NCBI GenBank assembly: GCA_951406725.2
Contig: OX597818.1
Span: 19,592,001 to 19,656,000, forward strand
Reading direction: 5' to 3'
DNA from: Octopus vulgaris
Lineage: Eukaryota
DNA length: 64,000 bases
The notes beneath the pieces are model-generated. The model ran no database searches and was not told the DNA's origin. It worked only from the letters and a program-made list of their open reading frames with translations. The translations under genes and the position numbers were made by a program. Positions 51,581-63,265 of this stretch are shown here, piece after piece. How positions within the stretch are numbered: the stretch's first letter is position 1; each line of letters opens with the position of its first letter.

Positions 51581-52620
51581 GTCTAGGTATCCGGTGATGC
51601 TTGAGGGACGCCCCACACTAAGTGTCACCTGTGCCTGGAACCGGGCCATATTAAAAAGAACTGCCCTCAGGACCAAAATAAGGTCCTGGAGCAGTTGATA
51701 AGGATACCGCTCCCTGCTCCCTCATTGGAGGGAGAGAAGGAGGAAGCCGAGGAGGTGAAACCTCGAAAACAGCAAAAAAAAAAAAACGAAAGGTGGGCAA
51801 CCATTGTTGCCCACCGAAGGATCCGAAGGCTGCGGGAGGGAGGGAGGATCTGCTGGACAAAGCGGAGGAACTCCACCCTCCCGTGGTTCAAAGGAAAAAG
51901 AAAAAAAAAAAAGAAAAACGGAACATTTCCGGCGTGTTCCGAAGCACCTTCGCTGGGAGTTGTGCCACCGAGTGTGGAAACTGTAGATCCCTCCCATGAT
52001 GTGGAGGAATTTGTGGTCTTCTTCCATAAGGGAGGGACATAAGAAAACTTTGTAAGGAAGTTTGGAAGGAAAGGCCGGTGGGTGGGGATTCTGTCCTGCA
52101 TGGAGGACCCTGAGTGGCCTTCGCAGGTGGCTGCGGAGGTCATATGGGAAACCGATCTGTGCAGGATAATGAATTCCCAGAGGACTCTTTTAGATTCGTG
52201 GCAAAGTGGTCCGGCTTGACACCGTCTAGGTGCTTCAAAGAAGCGAGGAGCCATTGTCGGACAGAAAAGCATGTAACTGATAATAAAAGTTAGCGGCTTG
52301 GTGCCTCACTTTTATTGTATTTTTATTGTATTTTATTGAATTGTGTAAGAGGTTTATTACCTCATAAATGGTTTTTGTATTGTGAAAATGTAAGAGGTTT
52401 GTCGCCTCATAAATGTGTTTTTTCAACTGTGTAAGAGGTTTATTGCTTCGAGCACGAAACATAAAAAGAACAATGTGCTCGGGTAAACAGCACTCGGCGG
52501 GCGTTGCTGGTTGCCCTCATTTTTCACCATTTCATTTGTCATTCATATCATTATGTGTGTGTCCAGCCCGCAGCTTCCTTTCTGTGTAAGGCACTTGTGG
52601 CCAATTAAATGAATAAAAAA
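51581..52620 (+). mobile_element. Retroelement fragment with gag/ORF1-like CCHC zinc knuckle, 3' UTR and A-tail
   Basis: From 51620: KCHLCLEPGHIKKNCPQ (CX2CX4HX4C), in frame with ORF 51695-52042; ends AATAAAAAA at ~52620; no RT recognised. Confidence 0.65.
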
Positions 52621-52886
52621 CAATGGCTATCACTCCCAGGTATTGAATGGCAACAGGTTATACTGGATCAGATCATACAGAAACACCAAATATGGCATGA
52701 CACATATATATACATACATACCTCTTTTTTCCATTTTTTTTTACTTGTTTCAGTCATTATACTGCGACCATGCTGGAGCACCGCCTTGAAGAACTTTTAG
52801 TCAAATGACTCGACCTCAATGCATCTTTTTAAAACCTGGTACTTATTCTATCGCTCTCTTTTGCCGAACCTCTAAGTTACGAAGAC

Positions 52887-53314
52887 GGGATCTTTTCGGT
52901 TTGAACGGCAGTTTTTTAAAATTAATTTCCACGTAACTAAACACTTTTAAACTTCGTATACTGGTAGAATGTGCTTATAAAACATCTTTTTCTCTTGGCT
53001 TTATTGAGAAAATTCTATAGTTTGTAAGATATTTGTTGTTTTTTTTTTCTTCAATTTCTGCAATTTCAACCAATCAATGACGTCTATTGAGGTGAAAACT
53101 TTCTGTGCCGTATGAATATGTCCCTCGTTTAAGAAACAGATTGGGTTTATTTACATTTCTGAAGAAAAAAAAGATACCCTTCCCCCACCCCTAACCCTAA
53201 CCCGAACCCTAAAACAGATTGAAATGCAATAGATCGATACTAGGGTCATAATTATGGGTGACAATTTCATATGACACCGCTAGAAAAAACTGCCGTTCAA
53301 ACCGAAAAGATCCC
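52887..53314. mobile_element. MITE with 31-bp perfect TIRs, inserted in a family B SINE
   Basis: GGGATCTTTTCGGTTTGAACGGCAGTTTTTT ... AAAAAACTGCCGTTCAAACCGAAAAGATCCC; imperfect 6-bp TSD GAAGAC/GGAGAC; SINE text resumes after it. Confidence 0.9.
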
Positions 53315-53365
53315 GGAGACGTAAAAACACCAACACACCAAGCGGTGGAAATGGGGGACAAACAT

Positions 53366-53409
<44 letters not shown>

Positions 53410-53654
53410 ACTTCAAAACTTTTGCCACTGAAAACTGCGTCTTGGTGACTGCACAAGATAAATTTTGTTAGTGATTAGATCGCAGATTCGAACGACGAAA
53501 ATTGTGAAGTTAACGGTATTTTTGCGATCTCAGATTTAGGCATTTGCCAGGCAGATACATCTCCCTAATAGTATAATATTAATATTTCCTCTCGTAAACA
53601 TCTACATTGAGACAAAAGTAGAGGTGAAGAAGATCAAAAAAATCAAGGTTGTGA

Positions 53655-53725
53655 TGCATCGGCCGGGAATCGAACCCGGGCCGCCCGCGTGGCAGGCGAG
53701 CATTCTTCCACTGAACCACCGATGC
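53655..53725 (-). tRNA. tRNA-Gly (GCC)
   Basis: GCATCGGTGGTTCAGTGGAAGAATGCTCGCCTGCCACGCGGGCGGCCCGGGTTCGATTCCCGGCCGATGCA; one D-loop change from the canonical metazoan sequence; T7 terminator at 53636-53642. Confidence 0.93.
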
Positions 53726-54290
53726 TGATACCTATTTCGCTGACAGTTATCAATATAATTGTATAGTCAGTCATTAGGCTATTGTTGGTTTGCATTGGTA
53801 AAGATCAGACTAGTCTTTATCATAGGACTACTCTCATCTCGCAGTCAAATAATAAGATATAGTCGGTCAATCGATTAGGTGCAAGCACAGTTCTTTTGTT
53901 CCAGTTATATATATATCAAACTCTTCCTCGCTGAGAAGCATATTGCAGATATGTATCGAATCGGATACAGTATAACAGTCTGAATACGTGGCCTTCTTTT
54001 TATTGTTCATTTTACTTTTTTATAATTTTAATTCTGGCGGTGACCGCACATGAAATGGAACCAGCCAGAGTTGTTCTGTGTATTTTGTTTTTCTACGTTT
54101 AACTTGGTGGAAGACAGAGTTTTTGCGTTTTTGTTTTAGATGATGTTGAGGTAGTTTTCTAGTCTGGTGTATATGCGTCTATTGTTTAATGAGAAGTTTT
54201 CATATAGTAATTGGGTCTCTGATGTTTGAAGTTTCCCTTGGCAAAAAAAAAAAAACTACCTGTCGCACGTGCAGGTGGTCTCACAGTTAA

Positions 54291-54673
54291 TATATTTGTT
54301 TCATTTCGTCTGTCTTTACGTTCTGAGTTCAAATTCCGCCGAGGTTGACTTTGCCTTTCATCCTTTCGGGGTCGATAAATTAAGTACCAGTTACGCACTG
54401 AGGTCGATGTAATCAACTTAATCCGTTTGTCTGTCCTTGTTTGTCCTCTCTGTGTTTAGCCCCTCGTGGGTAGTAAAGAAATAAGTATATTTGTTTCATT
54501 TCGTCTGTCTTTACGTTCTGAGTTCAAATTCCGCCGAGGTCGACTTTGCCTTTCATCCTTTCGGGGTCAAATTAAGTACCACTTGTGCACTGGGGTCGAT
54601 CTAATCGACTGGCCCCCTCCCCCAAAATTTCGGGCCTTGTGCCTAGAGTAGAAAAGAGTATATTTGTTTCATT
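54291..54673 (+). mobile_element. Tandem pair of 5'-truncated family A SINEs with a 15-bp motif repeated three times
   Basis: TATATTTGTTTCATT at 54291, 54486 and 54659. Confidence 0.85.
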
Positions 54674-55799
54674 GTAAGGGTGGTCTACAGGTGTGAAGAT
54701 CCTATGGCGATGTATAGGGCCATGTTGTCCATTATAATTTTATGATTGTTCTGGTTTGTTGTGGCACTGTTAGAGCCTCAGGCAGGACTAGTATGAACGG
54801 TGATGGTTCTAATGCATTGTTTGAACATCAATGTTTATTCATGTTGGCAAAAAGTAGTAACTATGATTGTTCTAAGTATGCATTGTTTTGCATTCTTTAT
54901 TTGCCTTCAATATGTCCTGCAGATGTGGAAAGCTATAACTGCTAGTATTGTTATCTTCTGTGCGCAGTGTGTTAATCTGTTGCATGTGATCGTTGCTTGT
55001 ATTTGGTAAAAGAAGCGAATTAGTAAAGCGCTGCTCAAAAATTCGATGTTTCGAATCCACGTTTCTCGCTGACTGATACTGGGTCAGAGTTACTGGGCAG
55101 CCTTGGGTAGAGAATAACGGAAGGATATGATATCATCCTCGTATGAGGCTGTGTATGTGTGTGGTTTGAGGAGGTACAGATATAGGTCGAAAAGAGTGAG
55201 TGAGATGGCGGATTTATGTAGAACTTCACTGGGGAAATTGTGCGATTTGGAAATGTTATGCTTGTACACTGCTTAGACTTGGCTCCCTGACAAGTGGTTT
55301 GTTAGCCAAAAGTTTTATGTTGTTTCTTGAAGTGATATTTGTCGAGTATTTTGTGAGACTAGATAACGGCATGGTCGAAAATTTTGCTGATGTCGATGGT
55401 AGTTACAGCGGTACTTGTGAGAGATCTTTTGTTTGCTTGTTTTTGCTAGGTTGTTCTTTTATTTTTTGAAACAGTTGAGTTAGGTTGATATATATTTTTC
55501 CCATGTTTTGAACAAAATACCTTACTGTCTGATAAAATAAATAAAATGAGTTGATGGAAGTAATTCGAATAGACCAATGGCAAGATATTGAATACATAAC
55601 CCATAAACTAAGAAAATAATACATAAACTAAGAAATAATGTTCTGAATCCAATACGTACAAATTCTAACCTGCAGATTGTAAATAGTTATACCATAATTA
55701 TATAAATAACTACAAGCAATTTTCAATTCCCCAACTATTATTATTATTATTATTGTTGTTGTTATTATTATTATTATTATTTTTTATTTTTTTTTTTTT

Positions 55800-56330
55800 T
55801 CACTATCATCTTCTTTCAATTCTGTTCCCATTTCTTACCGAGTGTCTTCCTGACACCTATAGGCAGAGAAGTGCACTGTATACATTGGAAGGCAATTAAA
55901 ATAAACATACCGGATTGTTCATTTACAAAGTCATGTGATAGAGAAAAGGGGAAGAAGGATAGAGAGAAAAGGAAAAAATAAAAAAAAAAATTAAATATAT
56001 AAACAAAGAAAATTAAGGGGAGAAGGAAAGAAAATTCACAATGGCAATGCCCTTCTCAGTACGTTTAACGTAGCAGTTAAGACAATCTTTTACACTTCCT
56101 GCATGGATTGTAATCCAGGGATCATTGTTAAATAATTTTCAGTTCCTTTTTTGATCATTCCAAGTGCTCCTACAATTACTGGTATTGTAACTGTCTTGAG
56201 ATGCCTCATCTCTTCGAATTCGATTAGCAATTCTTTATATTTTCTGAACTTATCAAATTCTTTTGCCGAGATATCATGGTCACAGGATATGCTCATGTCA
56301 ATCAATAAACAGACTTTATTGTGTTGGTGT
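55800..56330 (-). mobile_element. 5'-truncated R4/Dong-like RLE LINE in a (TAA)n microsatellite
   Basis: LIDMSISCDHDISAKEFDKFRKYKELLIE...TIPVIVGALGMIKK...*KIVLTATLNVLRRAL; TTA repeats on both sides. Confidence 0.85.
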
Positions 56331-56348
56331 TTATTATTGTTATTATTG

Positions 56349-56407
<59 letters not shown>

Positions 56408-56412
<5 letters not shown>

Positions 56413-56778
56413 CTCCGCCTTCGCTAAGACGGAGGTATTGTTTTCAGTCGCGTTTGTTTGTTTGTCCGTGAACAAAATATCTCAATAGCCACGGGATGGA
56501 TTCGGAAGAAACTTTCAGGGACGTTTGGCCTCGTGACTGGCACGAACAGATTAGATTTGGGGATCGATCCGGTACCGGACAAGGGTTCTGGATTATTTTT
56601 CCGGTTGTTTTACTTCATTTTTGAGAGCGGTCGAGTTCATTTTTAGTATTCTCGTTTGTGAGAGCGGTTGAGTTTATTTCAGATATTCTCATTTTAAAAA
56701 TCATCTCTGGCTAATTGTTGAGGGGACGTTGGTGTTGCCTTGGCGGAAGTTTGCTCTCTCTCTCTGAGTGCTCTTGTT
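56408..56778 (+). mobile_element. Helentron-associated (HINE/DINE-1-like) element
   Basis: TTATCTCCGCC...ACGGAGGT 5' subTIR/hairpin, (GTTT) microsatellite, 3' GGCGGAAG subTIR copy; T-rich insertion context. Confidence 0.65.
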
Positions 56779-57420
56779 ATTATTATTATTAAGGCGGCGA
56801 GCTGGCAGAATCGTTTGCACGCCAGGCAAAATGATTAGCATCATTTCGTTCGTCTTTATGTTCTGAGGTCGACTTAGCTTTTCATCTTTTCGGAGTCGAT
56901 AAAATACGTACCAGTTGAGCCGAACTCGCTAGCCTTGTGCCAAAACTTGAAACTAATATTGCACGTATGTAACAGAATGTATGTATTTCTGACTTGTGTA
57001 TGTTGAATAACTGAGAATGAGCGAGAAATGTAATGGGAGAGATGGTATGGCCAACAGCGACAAGGCCTCATCTCACTGCCTAATTTTTGACTGTTGCTTT
57101 CTTAAATACATCAAAAGAATAGCTGCCATGAAGTTGCTGGACGCAGTTTAATTACTGAAACAAGTAAAAGCTGAATAATGAATCACTGTTTTCCTTTCTC
57201 TACTTAGTTGAAGGAAGGTGGAGATCATGACGATTGAAGATACCTCTGAGTGGTAATGCCATCAATTTCGTTGGTGCTCAACCGTAAATCCTATAGCAGT
57301 GTGAAAGATGATAACAATGAATAAATCCAGAATGGCAGATAATATATTCATTGAAATATTAATATACCCCCTGTGTGATCATCTATATTAAAAAGAAAAT
57401 AAATAGTCAAGAAAAAAAAG

Positions 57421-57491
57421 TGCATCGGCCGGGAATCGAACCCGGGCCACTCGTGTGGGAGGCGAGAATTCTACCACTGAACCACCGATGC
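57421..57491 (-). tRNA. tRNA-Gly (CCC) with one anticodon-stem mismatch
   Basis: GCATCGGTGGTTCAGTGGTAGAATTCTCGCCTCCCACACGAGTGGCCCGGGTTCGATTCCCGGCCGATGCA; C31-A39 mismatch; T8 run follows 1 nt downstream. Confidence 0.8.
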
Positions 57492-57815
57492 TAACAGTTA
57501 GGCTGTTTCCAATTATCTATAAAATATACTGTTTCCAATTATCTATAAAATATACGCAAAGTATCCAGAATTGGTAGGTTGCATTTCGCTTTTTTTAAAT
57601 TTAATTTAATTTTATTTTTTCCGTTCGATATTATCTGTTTTGCAATCATCTATTTAGAACAATGATCAAATTCGGTCAAAACTGTGCGGCCTGCGTAGCA
57701 GGCGAACATATGATAGCTGAACCATCAATACTCGTCGAAGTCATTGGTAAAATATATATTTATCGATCAATGTTGCAACCATCCAAAAAGAATCGGAAAC
57801 TTCTTTCAAAAAAGT

Positions 57816-57886
57816 TACATCGACAAGGAATTGAACCAGGGTTGCCCGCGAAAAAAGCAAACAGTCTACCACTGAGCCACTGACGC
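57816..57886 (-). pseudogene. tRNA-Gly-derived pseudogene
   Basis: 71-nt collinear copy with many substitutions; anticodon loop has become an oligo-T run. Confidence 0.8.
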
Positions 57887-58004
57887 CAATTTCCGTCTGT
57901 ATAACAATTATTGTACTAAAATTACTTTGAATCAGTAGGCAACACATTTTTGTATATTATACGATTCGTTTTGCAATCGTCTATTTAGAAAAAAGATCAA
58001 ATTG

Positions 58005-58175
58005 AATCGAAACCGTAATGCCTGTATGGTTGGCAAACATTCTACCACTGAACAACTGATGTTAATAGTGTATTAGACAGTAAGCCACATGTTGTGGGTA
58101 GAAAAAAAAATAAAATCACACAAAGTGTATCGATTGGGAATCGAACTCAGGCATCCCTGCTGGTAGGTGGGAATT
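58005..58175 (-). pseudogene. Two decayed tRNA-Gly fragments
   Basis: GAATCGAAACC...ATTCTACCACTGAACAACTGATG and TGTATCGATTGGGAATCGAACTCAGG. Confidence 0.65.
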
Positions 58176-59291
58176 GATGAATCATTGAAAAATCAAGCTT
58201 TAAATCAGTATTCCGTTACTGACCCACTGATACGAGCAGAATTACGTGCAACAATAGTTCCTTTACCACGTTTCATTTTTTTTTAAAGCTAATATTAAGC
58301 AGTGGCAGCACTAAAGAAATGAAGAGTGAGTCCTTGATATACGGTGATGTATTCATTTCTTTCTAGAAAGGAATTAAACACAGTCCGTTATAGGTTGGTA
58401 CTCTATCCAGGAAGTAGTTTGTTACTGGTCAACTTACAATAGAACAAAATCTTTTATCCAAGTTCATGAAATCCCTCGGAAAAATTACTTCTAAAACTAA
58501 GACTGATATACAAAACCATTTATAGATCCATCGTGGAATATACTGGCCCTCTTTTAAATCCTTAATTCTGCATGAAATCCATACCCCAAGGAAAATATCG
58601 ACAACGTGAAATCAATTGAAAGGCGTTCAGATGGACACATCACATACTGAGATTCAAGTATTACAATGACAGACTGAAGGTTAAAGAATTCACATTCTTG
58701 AAAATGGAGAGCCGTATTAATGATTTACATCACTATGGACAACATTTTAAGCACAGATAAACATCATCACGAGAGGGCGATAACATAACTGTTTTCGTGC
58801 TTTTCCCCAAAATATTGATCTTACGAAGTGGAATGATTTCAAGCATAACCGAAACTAAATCACTATCTCAACTTAGCAAAAATTTAGTTGGAATGTAATC
58901 CTAATTTGTCAGTGCTCACTTGGGACATACATTTGGTCACGAGACAGGTGACAGGAGACTAATTGTAATGAGTCGATATGAAACAACAAATTTATTGTTT
59001 CTTTGTGTAATGACTAGGGAACTTTACTCTTTCTCCCTGCATTCATGAAAAGCCTTTCCTTTCTCTACTTAATTCAAGAAAGGCAGCGATCATGACATTT
59101 GAAGATGCCTCTGAGTAGTGCTGTCATCAATTTCGTTGGTGTTCAACCGTAAAGCCCATTGCAGGTTGTCTGTATGAAAGATAATGGTTAAAATTCACAA
59201 AGCCTGAAATCAGAGGTGAAGTATTTATCAAAATATTTATATATCTCCTTTGTGACCACCTGTAACTCTATATTAAAAAGTAAAGAAAATA

Positions 59292-59487
59292 TGTATCGAC
59301 CGAGAATCGAACCCGTGGGAAACGAGCATTTTTCTACTGGACCACCGACGCTCAACATTCCTAATTATTCAACATTTCTAATTATTCATAACATTTCTAA
59401 TTATTCAACAAAAAAGTAAAGAAAATATATATCGACCGGGAATCGAACCCGTGGGAGACGAGCATTTTTCTACTGGACCATCGACGC
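59292..59487 (-). pseudogene. Two tandem internally deleted tRNA-Gly(CCC-type) pseudogenes (59292-59351, 59428-59487)
   Basis: Both share the same ~11-nt deletion between the T arm and the anticodon arm. Confidence 0.75.
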
Positions 59488-61294
59488 TGACGAACTCAAC
59501 GTTTTTAATTATTCATATATGTATACTAAAAGTATTTAAAATCGATTGATTATATTTCTCTTCTTTTTATTTGTTTATTTCTTTCTGTAAGATATTGGTA
59601 GTTTTGCAACCATCGATTTAGAACAATGGTCAAATTCAATCGAAACCGTGGCTCTTGCATGGCAGGTGAACATACTGAAACACCGATGCTTATAGTACTC
59701 AGAAAGCCACTTTAAATGTAGAAATCATTAGTAAAATAAATATTCATCGACCTGTTTCGTGACTATCGAAAACTGGTAAATTTCATTTAAAAAAAGAACA
59801 TTGCATCGACCAAAAATCGAACCCTGCGTGCAAATAAAGGATAAGCAGAACTCGAGCAAGTTAGCTTTCCGTTACTTATCCCCGCGATGCTTGCAGAGTT
59901 ACGTGCAACAAATTACCTCCTCTTTACTCTTTACTCTATTACTTGGTTTCAGTCATGTGACTGTGGCTATGCTGGAGCACCGCCTTTAGTCGAGCACATC
60001 GACCCCAGGACTTATTCTTTGTAATCTTAGTACTTATTCTATCGGTCACTTTTACCGAACCGCTAAGTTACGGGGACGTAAACACACCAGCATCGGTTGT
60101 CAAGCGATGTTGCGAGTACAAACGCAGACACACACACACACACACGCACATACATATATATGTGTGTGTGTATATATATACAACGGGCTTCTTTTAGTTT
60201 CCGTCTACCAAATCCACTCACAAGGCTTTGGTTGGCCCGAGGCTATGTAATTTAATGAAAAGTTCGGATATTCTGTACATCACTTCTTAACATATTTATC
60301 CAAATTTATGGCATTGGACCATTTGATGTATTTCCTTATCTCGTTACATTTTTAAAAATTATAATTGAGGAGTGACAGCACTAAAGAAGTGAAAAGTAAT
60401 TCCTTGATATACGGTGATGTATTAATTTCTTTCTGAATGGGAATTAAACACAGTCCGTTATAAGTTGGTACTCTATCCAGGAAGAAGTTTGTTACTGGTC
60501 AACTTACACTGGAACAAAATTTTCTACCCAAGGTCATGAAGTTCTTCGGAAAAATTACAACTAAAACCAAGACTGATAAAACCATTTATAGATCCATCAT
60601 GGAATATACTGGCCCTCTTTTGAATCCTTAATCCTGTATTAAGTCCATACCCTAAGTAAAATATCAACAACGTAAAATAAATACAAAGACGTTCAGATGA
60701 ATCCATCACATACTGAGATACAAGTATAACAATGGTAGAATGAAGGTTAAAGGATTCACGTTCTTAAAAAAGGAGAACCGTGTTAATGACTTTCATAAGA
60801 ATGGACAAAATTATCAGCATAAATAAACGCCAGAAGGGAGAGATAACATAACAAGTGTTCATGTTTTTTCCACAAAATATTGTCGTTATGAAATGAAATG
60901 ATTTCAAGCGTAACCGAAACTGAATTACTATTTATTCGTTGTTATCTATGACAACAACCAATAAATCCATAAAGCCAGGAACTGGAAGTGAAGTATTTTT
61001 GAAAATATTAATATATCGCCATTGCGACCATCCTACATTGGTTTCAAATTTAGGCACAATGCGAGTAATTTTGGCGGAGTGGGTAAGTCACTTCACATCG
61101 ACCCCAGTATTTGACTGGTACTTAATTTATCGAGAACGAAAGGTAAAGTCGACCTCGGCAGAATTTGAACTGAGAACGTAAAGACAGACGAAAGTCCGCT
61201 AGGCATTTTGCCCGACGAACAAACGATTCTGCCAGCTCACCAACCATTTATATTAAATAAACAAATTAAAAAAAAAAAATATTCAAGAAATTAA

Positions 61295-61365
61295 TGCATC
61301 GACCGGGAATCGAACCCGGGTCACTCACGTGGGAGGCGAGAATTCTACCACTGAACCACCGATGC
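61295..61365 (-). tRNA. tRNA-Gly (CCC)
   Basis: GCATCGGTGGTTCAGTGGTAGAATTCTCGCCTCCCACGTGAGTGACCCGGGTTCGATTCCCGGTCGATGCA; acceptor, anticodon and T stems all pair (with G-U wobbles); oligo-T downstream. Confidence 0.87.
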
Positions 61366-61707
61366 CGACGAACGAGAGATTTCAAATTATCGTTTATCTT
61401 TTCTTTTACGCGTTTCTGTCATATGACTGTGGCCATGCTGGTGCACTGCCTGGAGGAATTTTAATCCAACTACTCGGCCCGAGTATGTATTTTATTTTTA
61501 TGCCGGGTACTTATTCTATTGCCGATACCAATGTAGCTTATATTTCGTTCCTTTGTTTTCTTACGTACGATATTATACTACAATTGAACAACGGATGCTG
61601 ACTCGGAAAACCACATGTAAGGCGTAGATGTTATTAGTAAAATAAATGTTCATGGGTCTGTTTTATGACTATCGAAAAATTGTAAATTTTCTTTCAAAAA
61701 AGATTAT

Positions 61708-61744
61708 TGCATCGACCGGGAATCGAACCCGAGCCGCTCGCGGC
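61708..61744 (-). pseudogene. tRNA-Gly 3'-half fragment
   Basis: TGCATCGACCGGGAATCGAACCCGAGCCGCTCGCG, then homology ends. Confidence 0.75.
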
Positions 61745-61942
61745 TCATAAGTTTGCGACTGTGGTAGATGTTATACTAAAACTACTTCGAATCAACAGGT
61801 TACAATTTTTGTATATGGTTGTCTCCGTTTTGCAACAAAAAGTCAGATGGAGACGAAACTGTGAAGCTTGTATTGTAGGCGAATATTCTATCATTGAACC
61901 ACCGTCACATGTTGTAAGAAAAAAGAAAATATAAGTAAGCAG

Positions 61943-62013
61943 TGCATCGACCGGGAATCGAACCCGGGCCGCCCGCGTGGCAGGCGAGCATTCTACCACT
62001 GAACCATCGATGC
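61943..62013 (-). tRNA. tRNA-Gly (GCC)
   Basis: GCATCGATGGTTCAGTGGTAGAATGCTCGCCTGCCACGCGGGCGGCCCGGGTTCGATTCCCGGTCGATGCA; A7-T66 pair; oligo-T downstream. Confidence 0.92.
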
Positions 62014-62140
62014 TTACATAAAAGTGCTTAACTATTCATACAAATATACTCAATGTATTTAAAATCAGATGGCTATAATTTTCTATGCATGGCGTTTGGT
62101 ATGTCACATCTTAGTTTCGATGCGGTACATATTCATTCCT

Positions 62141-62720
62141 AATGCTTAGCGGTATTTCGTTCGCCGCTGCATCCTGAGTTCAAAATTCCTCCGAGGTTGA
62201 CTTTGCGTTTCATCCTCTCGGTGTCGATAAATTAAGTACCAGTTACGCACTGGGGTCGATGTAATCGACTTAATTCGTTTGTCTATCCTTGTTTGTCCCT
62301 TCTATGTTTAGCCTCTTGTGTGCAATAAAGAAATAAGAAACGTTAGCACGTCGGGTGAAATGCTTAGTGGTATTTCGTCTGCGGTTACGTTCTGAGTTCA
62401 AATTCCGCCGAGGTCGACTTTGCCTTTCATCCGTTCGGGGTCGATTAAAGAAGTACCAGTTACGCACTGGGGTCGATATAATCGACTTAATCCGTGTGTC
62501 TGTCCTTGTTTGTCCTATCTGTGTTTAGCCCCTTGTGGGTAGTAAAGAAATAGGTATTTCGTCTGTCTTTACGTTCTGAGTTCAAATTCCGCCGAGGTTG
62601 ACTTTGCCTTTCCTTCTTTCGGGCTCGATAAAATAAGTACCAGTTGCATACTGAGATTGATCTAAGCGACTGGCCCCCTCCCCCAAAATTTCGGGTATTT
62701 TGCCCAGGGTAGAAAAGGAT
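62141..62720 (+). mobile_element. Head-to-tail array of three truncated family A SINEs
   Basis: Units ~62141-62336, ~62337-62552 (tail 1) and ~62553-62720 (tail 2). Confidence 0.85.
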
Positions 62721-62849
62721 AGTAATGGTTCTTTACCACAGACACACCGTCGTATTAGTAACGAGGCACGAACCCCTGCCCTCTCATCGAACTGTCCTGT
62801 TATTGACCTACACACTGAGCCATGCACTACGTACTAGTTTTTTTTTATA

Positions 62850-63217
62850 TTGAGAGAGACAAACAAAGAGAGATAAACAGACAGACGGGCAAACGGGCAA
62901 TCAGGCAAACACAGAGTGTGTCTAAGAGAGAGAGAGAGACAGACAGGCAGGCAAACGGGCAAACGGGCAGACAGCGGATAGGTAAACAGGCAAACAGGCA
63001 AACACAGAAAGAGTGCGTGTGTCTGAGAGAGACAGACAGGTAAAAGGGCTGACAGCAGACAGGAAAACAGGCAGACAGGCAAGCACAGAGTGTGTGTGTC
63101 TGAGAGAGAGACAGAAAGAGACAGAGAGAGACTGGGAGAGAGAGAAAGAGACAGACAGACAGACAGACAGGCAAACGGGCAGACAGGCATAAAACAGAAA
63201 AGGTGTAAGTTTATCTA

Positions 63218-63265
<48 letters not shown>

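Larger units (their letters stand above)
57190..62080. repeat. Diverged ~2-kb tandem segmental repeat (about 2.5 units) carrying tRNA-Gly copies and a CR1-like remnant
   Basis: 57190 block resembles 59056 block; 58300-58865 resembles 60370-60925; 57323-57420 resembles 60962-61294 (SINE-interrupted). Confidence 0.85.

Noticed and set aside
53900-55600. Possible ancient PLE RT remnant on the minus strand
   Set aside because: Only faint motif echoes; cannot be supported without a translated search.
57816-57886. Apparent TTT (Lys) anticodon on a Gly body
   Set aside because: The copy is heavily mutated and the T run would terminate Pol III; treated as a pseudogene, not an identity switch.
57190-62080. 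CRISPR-like repeat-spacer pattern
   Set aside because: The repeats are tRNA-Gly copies with long homologous spacers in eukaryotic DNA; no cas genes.
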